NCBI RefSeq assembly: GCF_963921235.1 | Contig: NC_086097.1 | Location: forward strand, 108,688,001-108,752,000 | Length of the DNA stretch: 64,000 nucleotides | Reading direction: 5' to 3' | DNA from: Mobula hypostoma | Lineage: Eukaryota | Shown here: piece after piece, positions 25,899-39,553 of the stretch | Layout: every line of letters starts with the position of its first letter | How positions within the stretch are numbered: the first letter of the stretch is position 1 | Made by a program: the position numbers and the translations under genes | Notes under the pieces: generated by a model | Seen by the model: only the letters and a program-made list of their open reading frames with translations | Databases searched by the model: none | What the model was told of the DNA's origin: nothing

Positions 25899-26479
25899 AG
25901 AAACATAGAAACCCTACAGCACAATTCAGGCCCTTCAGCCCACAAAGTTGTGCTGAACATGCCCCTACCTTAGAAATTACTAGGCTTACCTATAGCCCTC
26001 TATTTTTCTAAGCTCCATGCACCTATCCAAAAGAGTCTTAAAAGACCCTATCGTATCCTCCTCCACCACCATTGCTGGCAGCCCATTCCACGTACTCATC
26101 ACTCTCTGCATAAAAAACTTACCCCTGACATCTCCTCTGTACCTACTCCCCAGCACCTTAAACCTGTGTCCTCTTGTGGCAACCATTTCAGCCCTGGGAA
26201 AAAGCCTCTGACTATCCACGCGATCAATGCCTCTCATCACCTTGTACATCACCTTGTCACCTCTCATCCTCCGTCGCACCAAGGAGAAAAGGCCGAGTTC
26301 AATCAACCTGTTTTCATAAGACATGCTCCCCAATCCAGACAACATCCTTGTAAATCTCCTCTGCACCCTTTCTATGGTTTTCACATCCTTCCTGTAGTGA
26401 GGTGACCAGAACTGAGCAAAATACTCCAAGTGGGGTCTAACCAGGGTCCTATATAGCTGCAACATTACCTCTCCGGTTA
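25899..26479 (-). mobile_element. CR1 3' fragment inserted into a + strand Rex 3' end
   Basis: 159-aa ORF LYRTLVRPHLEY...; TSD CTTCTCAT. Confidence 0.85.
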
Positions 26480-27165
26480 CTTCTCATTGCTGTCATCAGG
26501 TGGAAGGTACAAGAGCCTCAGGACTCACACAACCAGGTTCAAGAGTAGTTACCACCCCTCAACAATCAGGCTGTTTAACAAAAGGGGGTAACTATACTCA
26601 ACTTCACTTGCCCCATATCTAAAATATTCCCCCACCAATGAATTCACTTTCAAGGTCTCTTCATCTCATGTTCTTGACATTTATTGCTATTTATTGAAAT
26701 CTGCATTTGCAGTTTGTTGTCTTCTGCACTCTAGTTGATCTTTCATCAATCCTGTTATAGTTACTATTCTATAGGTTTGCTGAGTATGCCCACAGGAAAA
26801 TGAATTTCAGGGTTGTATATGGTGATGTATATGTACTTCGATAATAAATTTACTATGAAATTTTCCGTACTTTGACTTTGTTCTGTCAAGCATTGTGGGC
26901 ATGCTATGTTGGTGCCAGAATACATGGCAATACTCGTAGGCTGCTTAGGTATATTGGTTGTTAACGCAAATGATCTATTTCATTGTATGTTTCCACATAC
27001 ATTCATCTGAATCAGAATCAGAACTACATTAAGGATTTTTTTTCTTATTTGCCAGAACAAAATATACAAGGATAAATTTACACAAATACATGGGAATGAC
27101 CAAATCTTATCAGTAACTAAAAAAAAAATTGAGAAAAGCATTCTGGCATTTTGTTGTATATTAAA

Positions 27166-27497
27166 AACATAGAAACATAGAAACATAGAAAATAGGTGCA
27201 GGAGTAGGCCATTCGGCCCTTCGAGCCTGCACCGCCATTCAGTATGATCATGGCTGATCATCCAACTCAAAACCCTGTACCTACCTTCTCTCCATACCCA
27301 CTGATCCCTTCAGCCACAAGGGCCATATCTAATTCCCTCTTAAATATAGCCAATGAACTGGCCTCAACTGTTTCCTGTGGCAGAGAATTCCACAGATTCA
27401 CCACTCTCTGTTTGAAGAAGTTTTTCCTAATCTCTGTCCTAAAAGGCTTCCCCTTTATCCTCAAACTGTGACCCCTCATTCTGGACTTCCCCAACAC
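27166..27497 (-). mobile_element. Young CR1 3' end with (ATAGAAAC)3 tail
   Basis: Closely related to 3684-4000 and 46486-46810. Confidence 0.9.
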
Positions 27498-27569
27498 CAG
27501 TCCAGGGAAGCAATTCTCAACTTCAATAAAACCTATTGGTTTGACAGTAAGATTTAGAATTTTTTAAAA

Positions 27570-29245
27570 ATTGTAAGAACTCAGTGGGTCAAACAACACT
27601 TGTGGAGGCAAAAGGTGCAAGTTGATGCTTTGAGTCAAGAACTTGCATCAGGGCTGAGTGAGAACAAGGAAGATTGCCAGTTAAACAGCAGTACAAATGG
27701 GGATGGCATAGAGGCTGGAGGGCAGAACCAGATGGGAATATGTAAACAGACAGCTAGAGAGGTTGGGAGGGATGAACGAAGGGAGAAGAAAACTAGGTGT
27801 ATTAGTGAATGTGTGTGAGAAGGGAACCCTGCTTGTGGAAAATTCAATATTCATACCACTGCTCTGTAACCTACCTGTGGAATAAAAATGTTGCCCTTCC
27901 AATTTGCGTAAGGTCCTCCGACACTGGAGAAGATTGAGTGTGGGAATGTGAAAGAGAGTTAAGGTGACATGCAATCATAAATTCCAGATGGCTGTGATAG
28001 ATCTCACCTAGTCTAGACTTGACTTCACCAGTGTACAGGAAGCCACATTGTATGCATTGAATTCAATAGACTAGGTCGAAAAAGGTGCAGGTGAACCTCT
28101 TCCTCACTCAGAAGGGCTGTTTAGGTTTCTGGCTGGTGGTGAGAGCTGAAATGAAGAGACCGGTGTTATACCTCCCTCTGTTTCAGGGGAAAGTGCCAGG
28201 GGATGGTGGAAGTGGTGAGCAGACCAGTGTTTTCCAAAAAGAGCAATCCATTTGGAAAGGGAGTTTGGGGTGGGGGTGAGATAACTGGTGGTAGGATCAC
28301 ATTGGAGCTGGCAGAAATAGTGGAGGATGTCATGTTAGATGAAAAGACTGGTAGGATGAAAGGTGAGGACCTTAGCAACTCTGATGTCCTGCTTACAGAA
28401 GGGTGGGTGAGGACAGACATTGCAGTGAACAGTGGGAAGTGCATGAGGACTACAGCATCTGCAGCAGAGGAGATGCCAGAATTCTAAAAAGAGGAGGACA
28501 GTTCAGATTACCTTGCCTCCATTCAGGAACCTAAAAAGACCTTCCAGTCCATGTGCATTCCTACAACCTGATCTACTACATTCAGTGTGAGTGATGTATC
28601 TTCCTCTCCACTGGTGAAATAGTGTAGACTGAGTGACAGCCTCTACCTGCAGCTGCATTCTGAGTGAGAGCACCTGCCCTCTGTCTGCAGTGGCTATCTC
28701 AAGCTTTATGTTGTCAGTCATTTTACCTCTATCATCAGCCTATCAGTCCTCAGCCACCTTCATTGCTATGGAGAGGCAACGTGCAAGCTGGAAGAACAAC
28801 ATCTCACTTTCCACTTGGGTAACCTACAGCCCAAATGGTAAGAACAATGAATTTTTCATGCCAGGTAATCCTTGCCCCCAATGCTTTCCTTACACACACA
28901 CACACACATACACACACTCACCCATTAACTCTCAGCTTTCCAACTAGTTTTCTTCTCCCTCTGTTTATCAATTCCATTCCCTTACCCCAACAGGTTCCAC
29001 CTTACCATCAGCTCCTTCCCACATAGCTCAGTCTTCACCACTTGGTTCAATCTTCTCATCATCCCCTCCCCATTTAATTCCAACTATCGACCATCAACCT
29101 CTCTCTCATCTCCCTTGGTACTGCTATATACCTGTTATCTTTCTTGTTGCCACGCATACCTGATGCACAGTCTTGACCTGAAATGTCGACTCATGCCTTT
29201 TGCCCCCACAGATACTGTTTGACCTGTTGAGTTCTTCCTTGCTTG
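27570..29245. mobile_element. Old Penelope-like fragments in divergent (- then +) arrangement
   Basis: Degenerate GIY-YIG tail motifs (RKLEGQH..GRLQSSGMNIEFS on -, a similar tail on +) and pLTR remnants. Confidence 0.55.
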
Positions 29246-29966
29246 TGTAAGGGGTTTCTTCTTTTATGTTACTGCTAGGCTAATAAAATGGCTTCTTTGT
29301 TATGTTATAATAAAATGGCTTTTCTGTAATGTTAACTGCTGAGTCAACAGTAGCAGCTTGTTTGGGTTATAATTACTAATAACGATAATTGTATTCATTT
29401 GCTAACCAATTGGGATAGATGTTATTCTTTCTTGTGTGTCTGTAAGCTATTGTTTTCACAGGCTTTGGGGAGAAGGCGCAATGGGGACAGAGAGAGGAGA
29501 CGTGATGAGAGAGATGCTGTAAGATGGGCGAGGATCGGACCCACGAGGGAGTCCGAGGCCCAGGGCTTTTCTGGAGGAGAACCGAAGAGGAATGACCTGC
29601 TGGACATGCTCTGGTCAACCACCATGGTTGGTCCCAGGCGGCAGGTCGAGGAGGTCGGAGGGGATCGAATGGTGGGAAGACTCTGTTCATTGAGCTCCAA
29701 CGGTTGTGCACAAAGTGGTTGAACTTTGGTAAGATTAGCACCTTATACATTGCTTTTATATTGTATCTCTATTTATTACATAGTTCCAGCAAAATCTATA
29801 AAGTGTAATCATTTAATCACATATGGTGTACTGTCTGTTATTTGGCGTGGTGGGGTACATCACACAGCATCCACACAAACTTGATTACCCAGTTTGGAGG
29901 GGCCGAAGGCTGCTCCCCTTAGACGAAAGCGAGCTGAGCGAGCCTGAGGCTTACCAGGAGGCTACA
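29246..29966. mobile_element. Solo LTR (721 bp) inserted in a Penelope-LTR tail
   Basis: TGTAAG...GCTACA termini. Imperfect 4-bp TSD CTTG/TTTG. The host repeat resumes afterwards. Confidence 0.6.
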
Positions 29967-30059
29967 TTTGTTATTCCAGATTCCAGCATCTGCAGTTTGT
30001 TTTATCTTCAATTAATAGTCTGAGAACAGGCCCGGTCATTATTTGAGAAAATTTTAACA

Positions 30060-30530
30060 TTTAGATTTAGATCAAATTATGAGGACACTCAGTCCTCGTT
30101 TATTGTCATTTAGAAACGCATGCATTAAAAAATATGTTCCTCCAGAATGACATCACAAGAAAACACAGGACAAACCAAGATTGAAACTGACAAAACCACA
30201 TAATTATAACATATAGTTACAACAGTGCAAAAAAATTTGATAAAGAGCAGACCATGGGCACGGTAAAAAAAGTCTCAAAGTCCCAATAGACTCATCATCC
30301 CACGCAGACGATAGAAGGGAGGAACTCTCCCTGCCACGAACCTCCAAGCGCCGCCAACTTGTCGATGCAGCACCATTGGAAGCACCCGACAGCAGCGGAC
30401 TCTGAGTCCGTCCGAAAACTTTGAGCCTCCGACCAGCCCCTCCGAGCACCATCCTCTGCCGAGCACTTCGACCCCACCCCCGCCGCCCAGCAACAAGCAA
30501 AGCCGAGGACTCTGGGCCTACTCCTCCGGA
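30060..30530 (-). mobile_element. GC-rich non-autonomous LINE-tailed element
   Basis: Minus strand ends in AAATGACAATAAA, a short hairpin GAGGAC..GTCCTC and an AATCT-like tail. Confidence 0.45.
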
Positions 30531-30857
30531 ATATGAATATTTATGAATATTTCATATTTGCAGCTCATTCTCAACTCTCAAGTGCCTCTTACAAAACCTT
30601 TTAAAAATGAGAATTTTAATTTTTATTTAGTGCACTATTTGTTGGAGAGAGAGCTGGTGATTGCAGAAGTGGTACAGGTGCTTGAAAATTAGCAGAAGGG
30701 TAAATTGTGGAGTCACTCTCTGTGCAAATAATGGCCCCATTTCCTACACAAGTTTAGAAAGTGTGGATCTGAATCTTTACTATTGCACACCTTTTCCTGT
30801 AGAACTTCTATTTCACTGTACTGTACTTATTTAAAAGAAATACTTATTGGGACCTAC

Positions 30858-31033
30858 CCTGCAAAATGTTTTCCGAGGAAATCCTGGAAATTCCGAATTT
30901 CTAACCGATTGTCAATGATTGAATCCAATGTGTAATTGCGGAATTTTTCAGGAACTTTCTGCCAGTAGTTTTTACTTCTAGATTCATCGTGGATTTGTAC
31001 ATAACTGGGTGAATGATCAGGAAGAATAATTTC
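30858..31033 (-). CDS. rgs22: RGS22 internal coding exon D (176 nt, phase 0/2): EIILPDHSPSYVQIHDESRSKNYWQKVPEKFRNYTLDSIIDNRLEIRNFQDFLGKHFA(G)
   Basis: Acceptor tcttcttag and donor GG|gtaggt. Matches recalled YWDNVPAEYKHFKFSDLLNNKLEFEHFRQFL. The phase-2 end fits the next exon. Confidence 0.9.
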
Positions 31034-31254
31034 CTAAGAAGATTTTAAAATCACAATTAAATCCACATCAATTTAATCAATTCAATCAGCTTTTCCTTAA
31101 ATGCATCAGAAGCTGCACCCCCACTGTGGTAGCACAATCTACATTTCCAGCATATTTCGAGATTCCTTCCAAATCCCCTTTGTGACTGTATAATATTCAT
31201 GGCCCCAAAATGAAAATATGCTGGGCACAAAATATGGCTGCTTGATGTTTCAGT

Positions 31255-31700
31255 TTCATACAGTTCTGATTGCCCCATTATAGGAAGGATGTTGAGGCTT
31301 TGGAGGGGGTGCAGAAGAGATTTACCAGGATGATATCTGGTTTAGAGGGCATAAGCTGGATAAACTTGGGTTGTTTCCTCCGGACCAGCAGAGGCTGAGG
31401 GGAGATTTGGTAGAGGTTTATAAGATTATGAGAGGCATTGGCAGAGTGAACAGTGAGTATCTGTTTCCCAGGGTTGAAATGTTTGATAGCAGAGGACTTG
31501 CATTGAAGGTGAGAGGGGGTAGATTCAAGGGGAAAGTGAGGGGTAAGATTTTTACTAAGAGAGTCATGGATGCCTTTAATGTGCCTGGTATGGTGGTAGA
31601 GTTAGAGGTATTGAAGAGATGATTAGATTGGCACATGGATGTAAGGAAGATGAAGGGATATAGACATGGTGTAGATAGGAGGGATTAGTGTTTGGGTGTT
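31255..31700 (+). mobile_element. CR1 3' fragment
   Basis: RLRGDLVEVYKIMRGI motif. Confidence 0.8.
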
Positions 31701-32961
31701 CAGGAACTGTGATGTTCTTGTTTCCTGTAAGTATGTAGAGCTGTCAGATCGTTCAAGTTCCAGGCAGGATCAAATATTCATCCATAGGAAAAACCTAATC
31801 CATAATGATTAAAGCAATCAAAAGCCTAAAACCCCTGCAGATCATGGAAATCTGAAATAAAAACAGAAAATGTTAGGAACACTCAGCAGGTCAGGCAACA
31901 TCCATGGAGAGAGAAAGAGGGTCTCTTGTTTAGGGTCACAACTAGGCACAATTAGAAAACAAGGATATTCTAAATTGTAGATAAGGGGTAGAGTGTAGAA
32001 GAAAACAGCAGTATTTGTGATAAGGGTAGGCCATGAGCGGCTGTGGTGACACCGGTGGAGTCAATGAACAGAAGATGGCGAAGGATTATTGCAGCTGATC
32101 AGTCTGTGATGGACATAAAAGATGAATGAAAACATGACAGAAAGAAAGAATGCTGAACTTTGCTTCCCCTTCCAACATACTTTATACTGTATACAGTGCT
32201 CAAGATTATGTCTTAGCACTCAAATTTGAATTATGCAATTTCAGAAACACAGCCCCATGAAAGGTTGTCAACATTAATTAAGTTCTCCACTCTTCACAGA
32301 TGGTACCTGAGCTGTTGGGTATTTTTAGCAGTCTCTCTTAATTCAGCCATAGTGTTTTGTAATGTAGCTCACAGTTTTTTTTCTTTTAACAAGATATCTG
32401 CACTATCCAACAGTTTCGGTGACCAGCTAATAGATGGATCCGGGGAGATAAAGTCTATCCTCTCCTATTGCAGCTTCCAACACCTGATGGCAGCCCAACC
32501 ATGAGCCAACTGGAGATCTATAACAGCCTGGCAAATACATGCTCATGGTCCAGAATACCACCAGTTTTCTGAAGACCATGTTCTGTTGCCTCATTGACTC
32601 AAGGGGGATATTGCAAGATATGACCAAACAACATGGAAACATCACAGCAATCATACTTTATGACTGGCAAAAAGAATTCCATAGCCAATACCGAAGGAAA
32701 ACAACAGTGAGGAGAACCAGAACCTAAGGACCTATCATATGTAAAGATCAGAAGATGGAGGAGACTGAAAGTTCTGGGAGGATGCGTCTGTCCAACATCA
32801 GCAGCTTCATCTTCCAGTGATGGGAAAGGGGCACAGTCAGGGTGGACAATAAGAGATTTCTTTACAGAGATATTCCTCAGGTCAATCAAAGTCTCCATAC
32901 AAAACAAGTGACCACCTTCAAATTTGTTACCACAGTATATTAATTTAAAAGAATTACATTT

Positions 32962-33270
32962 ACAGTGAATTCCGGTTAATCGGGCCATTGATTTATTGGA
33001 GTGGCTGCATATTTAGGCCAACTCTTAAAGAACAAAACTAATTGAGAAAACAGCTGGGATTCCCTTCATTCATTTGGGACACTATGTCACTTAATTGGGA
33101 CAGGAGACCGTTGTCGAACAATTTCAAACTAGCTTCAGTCACATGCACTTGTGTGGCTGTTAGACACTACACCATGCTTAGAGTGAACAGTTTTTAAATA
33201 GCGTCAGTTATGTGTGCTTGTGTTATGTTATCCATTTGGGTCAAAGGACGCCAATTCAAAAAGAAGTGAT
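32962..33270 (+). mobile_element. Tigger/pogo-type non-autonomous DNA transposon fragment
   Basis: TA-CAGTG start. Homologous to 37895-38600. Confidence 0.55.
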
Positions 33271-33399
33271 TTTTGATAATTTTCCTTTTTTTTTAATTTT
33301 TGAATTTAATGAATTTCATACCATTCCAAGATGCCACAAAAAGATTTGTTATTTAGTATCTGCAACAAGGTGGTGCTGAGACATCAATAGTCATAAAAT

Positions 33400-36360
33400 C
33401 GGTATGAATCAGTCACCAATACAGAAATGTGGCTGCAAGGTGGCTGAGACTGTGAACTTCATATTCCAGGGTATTTAACATTTAGGAAGGTTAGATAAAA
33501 AGGAGAAAGATGTGGTATGGTGATGTTAGTACAGCAGCATGGAACTATTTTGGTTCAATAGTATTGAATCATAATTGGTTGAGTTATAGCCAAGTAAAAG
33601 TAAAGCCACCAGGGGGAGCTATCTACGGAACTTCAAGTAGTAATTGTGGGTTCAAGTAAATGTGGGTTCTGTGTGAATAAGTAATATGAGTAATATGGTA
33701 ATCATGAAAGACTTTAATCTATGGTAGACAGCTCGATTCAAATCAGTGCTAACAGTGTGTTTCTGGAATCCATTCTCCATTCTAGCCCTCAGGTTTCAGG
33801 TATAGATAATGTTTTGAATTGACCCAGGGAAGAAATTATTTTCAACCTAGTACTGTGCAGCAAGAGGGGATATAAAACATAGTTCTTGACCTCTCAATCT
33901 ACAATCTGCCTCGTTATGATTTAGTACCTTATTGCCTACCTGCACTGCACTTACTCTGTATTTTTATCGTCTTACATTGAATGATCTCTGTGCACTGTGT
34001 AATGATCTGATCAGTATGAACAGTATGCACAACAAGCTTTTCACTGTACCTTACTACATATGACAATAATTAACCAATTCCAATTTCAACGTTACTAATC
34101 TTGTAGTGAAGGGACCCTCAGGAAAGAATACCCATAATATGATAGAGTTCTATAGTCAGTTTGAAACTAATGTAGTTGAATGTGAAATTTGGATTTTCAG
34201 TCTGTACAAAGGCAACTGTGAAAGTATGGGAGACAATTTGGCTGTGGTAGGAAGGCACGCTCTGTTAAAATGGGCAGATAATTAACAGCATTTGATGAAA
34301 TATTGAATAATTAGTGACAAGTATAAGCACGGGAAAGTCTGCAGATGCTTGAAATCCAGAGCAACACACACAAAATGCTGGAGGAACTCAGCAGGTCAGG
34401 CAGCATCTATGGAAACGAACAGATGGTTGACATTACAGGCCAAGACCCTTTTTCAGGACTGATGAGGAAGGGGGAAGATGCCAGAAAGTGACAAATATAT
34501 TTATTCCTTGAGGTCAACAGGAGAATTTACCCAATGGGAGAAATTAAAAATAGTTTCCATTGCTTATGGATGACCTGACTTATAAAAATACAATTTCATG
34601 CTAATTCCCTCATACATTTTTAAAAACATTTTCAAGCTAACAATAATAAAAATGGTTTATGGTACTCATTGATGACTGGATAAAGTATATATTTCATTAG
34701 GTCTTGGGTAGTGGTTGGCTGATTATTCAATAAAATGGAAAAAATGTAGCAAGTGCATACAGAATGCAGTTACTATCAAAAATGGACATTTCTAACCAAT
34801 TCTTAGGAACAAAACCCTTGTGTAAATGTGGCTGTCTGAACTACATTTAGGAAAATTATTAGTTGCCATAAAAAGCAGTAAGCCTAAAGTCTTGGAGCAT
34901 TTTAGAATTTATTGAAGGATAACCAAGGGAAATAGTTAAAATGAAAATCTAAAATTAGAGGAACATAAAAAGACACTGATGGATTTGTAAAATGAAAGCT
35001 CCAGTGAAGGTAATATATTGAGATGGGAGAATATCTAACTGCTAATACAGAAATGGCAGAGCAATTAAACAAATATTTTGTAGAAAAATAATCAAAAATA
35101 ATTTCCCGAAATACTAGTGAAACAAAAGTCAAGTCCATGGAAAATAAGGACAAGAAAACAAAATAGTAAAACAATATACCTCAATAATTTAATGTATTTA
35201 TAAATGGATAAATCCCAAGGACCTGATGATCTAATCCCTGAGTTTTGAAAGGGGTGACTTTAGAGAGAGTTTAAGCTCAGTTAATTATCTTACAAATTTT
35301 GTGGGTTCTGGAATTCAATAGTTCCTGCAGTTTGGAGCATAGCAAATGTGAGCTTACTATTTAAGAAAGGAGGGAGAGAGAAAACAGGGAACTAATCAAA
35401 TTACTAGTTCAACAGTAGTAGTTGGGAAAATGCTGGGGTCTATAACAAAAGGTGTGATATCAATATGTTTAGAAAATAACGTGGCTAGACAGTGTCAACA
35501 TGTATTTTTTGCAGGGTAACCACTTTTGATTAATCTATTCTAGTGCCGTGAGTTTGTATGCAACAGAATAGACAAAGGAACCAGAGGACTTTCAGAAGGC
35601 TTTCTGAAAGGTTCAAGGAGATTGGCAAACAAGATTACAGTATTGAAATTGGGGAGGAAGGGGGTATGCATTGAGAGTTGGCAAATAGAAAACAAAGTGG
35701 GAATAAACAAATTCTTCCCAAGTTGACAGACGATGACTAGTTATGTATTGGAGGGACCAGCTATTTACAATCTATATTGATGCTGAGATACATCCTAGGA
35801 TGTGCTGGGACACAACATCAGTGACGTAATCTGGGATCATCGGGTGTTTTGGGTCTTTCAACATCAGACACTCTTGCCCAGGTGATCCAGCCTTAGGCCC
35901 CAGCTTATGTCCCAGCAGCAATGGTCCACAGGTCACACGTCTTGATCCATAGCTGTCTGGAAGCTTGCTCTGCAGCATCTGTGTCAGTCCTAATGGCTGT
36001 TTTCTTTGCAGCCCCCATAATGCCAAGGAGAGAGCAGGTTCAGTAGAACGGGCAAAACCTCTACACCCCACCTCTACAGGTTCACATCATGCCCTCCACC
36101 CATGTCTCGGACACTACCTGCTCCTAGTATTGGCTTTCTTAAGTTCAAATGCCTCTTCAAACTGGTCTTGATGATTTAGCTGAGGGTATCAAATGTAACA
36201 CTTCTAAATTTACTGATAACACAAAACAATAAAGAGGTATGAGTAACCTTGAGGATGTCCAGAGATTCAAGAGGATCTAGTCAAACACAATAAGTAGACA
36301 ACGTCATGTCAGATGGAGTACAATGGCGAAAAATGTGAGGTTTTCCACTTTGGTAGGGAA
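33400..36360 (+). mobile_element. Highly degenerate CR1 LINE with several nested insertions
   Basis: Scattered endonuclease and RT motifs (DKSQGPD, LFKKGGREK, QMEYNGEKCEVFHFG). Confidence 0.6.
35783..36167 (-). mobile_element. HERO/R2-NeSL-type (restriction-like endonuclease) non-LTR 3' fragment
   Basis: Decayed EEAFELKKA...EPVEVGCRGFA...AAEQASRQLWIKTCDLW C-terminus. 6-bp TSD TTGATG (35777-35782 / 36168-36173). Confidence 0.7.
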
Positions 36361-36369
36361 AACCCTGTG

Positions 36370-37015
36370 GATGAGGTGCAGGTCTGTCAGAGTATCTGGT
36401 GCTCCCATGCAAAATCCTCTTCATTAGTGAGATCCAACAGAGACTGGGGCACTGCTTCATTGAACACCCTCATTCTGTCCACAACAGCCAGGATCTCTCA
36501 GTGGCCATCCACTTCAATTCCACTTCCCACTCCCATACAACATGTCTGCCCCTGACCGCTCTACTGCCATAATGATGCTAAATGCATTTTGGAGGCCAAA
36601 TACACTTCATATTCCTTCTGGATAGTCTATAACCTGATGGCAATTTCTGGTAACCACTTCCCTCGGTTCCCCTTATTCTGGTGGCCCTCTAGTGCTTTCT
36701 GTTCCTCTCCCCCACCCTCATGACCCGCCCATACCCTTCCTCTGGTTCCACAACTTCTTCCCTTTATCCTATAATCCAGCATTATCTGCTATCAGATTAT
36801 TTTTTCTTCAGTGTATCACATAACTTTCTCCCCCAACCAGCCACCTTCCCCCTCACCTATCAACTGCCAGCTTGCACTCTTCCCCCTCCCCCCACCTTCC
36901 TATTCTGGCTTCTGTTTGCTTTTTTTCCAATCCGGGTGAGGGGTCTTGGCCTGTAACATCAACTGTTTATTTCCCTCCATAGACGTTGCCTAACCTGCAG
37001 AGTTCCTCCAGCATC
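36370..37015 (+). mobile_element. Old Penelope-like 3' fragment
   Basis: Degenerate GIY-YIG region and pLTR homologous to 7860-8590. Confidence 0.7.
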
Positions 37016-37318
37016 ATCACTAATGGAATGCTTACTTACGTTCATTAGGTGCTTAAACAACAGAGTTACACCTCTATATAAAACTTAAGGCAAAAGTGAT
37101 AAATGCTGGTTAAGATTAGGTACATATTCAAGACTGCCACAGCCTGAGTGTCTATAGGCATTGTGATAACCACTACACTACCGTGCCACCCCCAAAAAAT
37201 TATATTAACAAAAATAATCAGTGTGGCAACTGAGACCGGAGACTCTTACTTCTTATGCTTGGTGTTTCTGTAAATATACCTAATATTCCTTTTTTTCAAA
37301 ATACACAGAGCTATTTAC

Positions 37319-37405
37319 TTTATTTGGCCAAATCTTATTTTGCAGTTTTTGAAGTTGCTTGTAGTATGTTGTATCCAAATGTCGAGTCTCTCTTACAACG
37401 TTCAC
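37319..37405 (-). CDS. rgs22: RGS22 internal coding exon C (87 nt, phase 0/0): VNVVRETRHLDTTYYKQLQKLQNKIWPNK
   Basis: Acceptor ctttcatttccag and donor AAA|gtaaat (read-through hits a stop soon after). Matches recalled VELVEETRQLDSTYFRKLQAL. Confidence 0.87.
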
Positions 37406-37894
37406 CTGGAAATGAAAGATGACCAGAGTGTCACTGAACAATACTAACACAAGGATTAAAGAGATTGTAGATTAGCTTTATTTGACCCAGGTACTGTACA
37501 TCAAAACATTGAAACATACGAAGAAATGTGTCACTTGCATCAACAGCCAAAACAGATGTGCTGGGGCAACCTGCAGTATTGCCATACCCACAACTCACCA
37601 ATCCTAACCATTGGAATGTGGGTGGAATGTGGAGTGCCTGGAGGACACCCATGCAGTCATGGGAAGAAAGTACAAACTCCTTACTTTTTTTAAGTACAAA
37701 CATCTTACAGCTGAAACAGTAAAACACATCATTCCAATAGTATGTACTGGATGATGATGAGAATTTCAGTCAACCTTCAGTATAATTTCCATTTACTTCA
37801 GGAGGTATTTTTGCAGAAGGAGACATAATAAAAACTGTCTAACGGGTTCACTCTAGAATGGTATATATTTTCAGATCAGCTACTTTAAACATAC

Positions 37895-38600
37895 ACAGTG
37901 GAGTCCAATTAATCCAGGCAGCCACTTATTTGAGCAACTCTTAAAGAACAAAAACTAATTGAGAAAATAGCCTGGATTTGCCTTCCTTTATTTGGTGCTT
38001 AACGGGGACAGGAGATTGATGCCAAACAGTTCATAACTAGAGTTCATCTTGTGCGCTTGTGTGTCCGTTAGACACGACACTGTGCTTAGAGCAAACAGTT
38101 TTTAAATAGCGACAGTTGTGTATGTGTTCAAAAAGCAGTGACTTTTAGTCACTGACTGTTGGTAAGAAATAAGCAGCAAGACAATTTAGAACTGTTTTTA
38201 TCACTGTGATTTCAAACATTCAGGCTCAGAGATGCCAGAAATGGCTGGGATTGAAAAGGAAATTATTTCACTACTTCAGCAAGTGAGGAACTATAAAGAA
38301 TTTGAAAGTAATAACAACCATCTTGAATGTTGCAATGAAAATGAACATTTGGAGGATGCTATCGTCAAAAGCATTGTACGATGGAGTCCATTATCTGCAA
38401 AAGGGGTCTGCACTGATTTTGTTTGCTTACAATCAATCAAAAGAACATGGCAGTGTATGCTGAATGAATTCTTCCATCAATAACTATTAGGAACTAATGC
38501 ACAATTTCATAGCTCTGTGGTAGTATTGGTAGTCTTCTAATTTGTTCTGTATCTATTTAAATATATAATTTGTTTCTCAGTAATTTGTCTTTTTTATACC
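37895..38600 (+). mobile_element. Tigger/pogo-type internally deleted DNA transposon
   Basis: CAGTGG start. Acidic transposase-tail-like NHLECCNENEHLEDAIVKSIV. Shares sequence with 32962-33270. Confidence 0.55.
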
Positions 38601-39358
38601 TATGAATAAATAATATAATGGGACAGTAAACATACAGTAGATAAGTTTACATAAGCACAATAAGTTTTCTAAAGATTGGCTTATTTTTTATCTTATGTAT
38701 AGCAAAACATTGCAAGATATGTTACTTGCATCAAATCTAATCAGCGAGTATTGCACTGGGCAGCCCGTAAGTGGTGCCACGCTTCTAGTGCCAACATGGC
38801 ATGCCCACAACTTAATAACCCTAACTTTACATTTTTGGAATGTGGCAGGAAACCCGAGTACCCAGAGAGCATAAAAATTCCTTACAGACAGCAGTGGGAA
38901 ACAGACACCAACAGCATTTTTGTAAAGTGTTGCTTAATCATTGCAATACTGAGTCACTTACCTTGTATTTCTCCAATTTAAAACCCCTTGACACAAAGAT
39001 AAAAACATTTATCAAAATAATAGCAAAATAGTCATTTTATTGAGGGAGTTGGGAGGGTGCGAGGATAGTCATGCTCAGTGATATTTTTCTCTTTTCCAGC
39101 AATAAATGATCTGTCAGCAATCACTGAGATCCTCATATTCAGTTATTAAAGCTCAGTCGTCATATCAAGAATATCTGGAAGACCAGTACTCCCTTAGAGA
39201 TAACTATTTCACACATGGTCCTTATTAACGGAATGGAGATTAAATTATCTGCTAGTTTTATTAATGAGGAAAGAATAAACGATATAGAAAAACACAGAAA
39301 TAAAGGAATACAAAATGACCAATTTCTAGTCTAGTTGGATAAATACCGTAGATTATAC

Positions 39359-39553
39359 CTTTCTGAATCTTGACATGTCTATTTCAATCATGTGAATCCA
39401 CGGTACCAGAAGCGAGATAAGAGTGTGTTCCTCTATTTGATCAAACAAGTCTTCAAAAGGTGGCTCCAATTGTTTATAGATGCTTTTCCTATTCTCTGCA
39501 TTTAATCCAACATCTGATAAAGACCCATCAACAATATATGTTGCAAAAATGTA
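39359..39553 (-). CDS. rgs22: RGS22 internal coding exon B (195 nt, phase 0/0): YIFATYIVDGSLSDVGLNAENRKSIYKQLEPPFEDLFDQIEEHTLISLLVPWIHMIEIDMSRFRK
   Basis: Acceptor atgttttag and donor AAG|gtataa. Matches recalled RGS22 YLFATYVAP...IQPPFEDLFDTAEEYILLLLLEPW. Confidence 0.93.

Noticed and set aside
32400..32950. 129-aa and other ORFs in a unique-looking stretch
   Set aside because: No RGS22 match or clear splice pair. Possibly an old LTR-element remnant, but unsupported.
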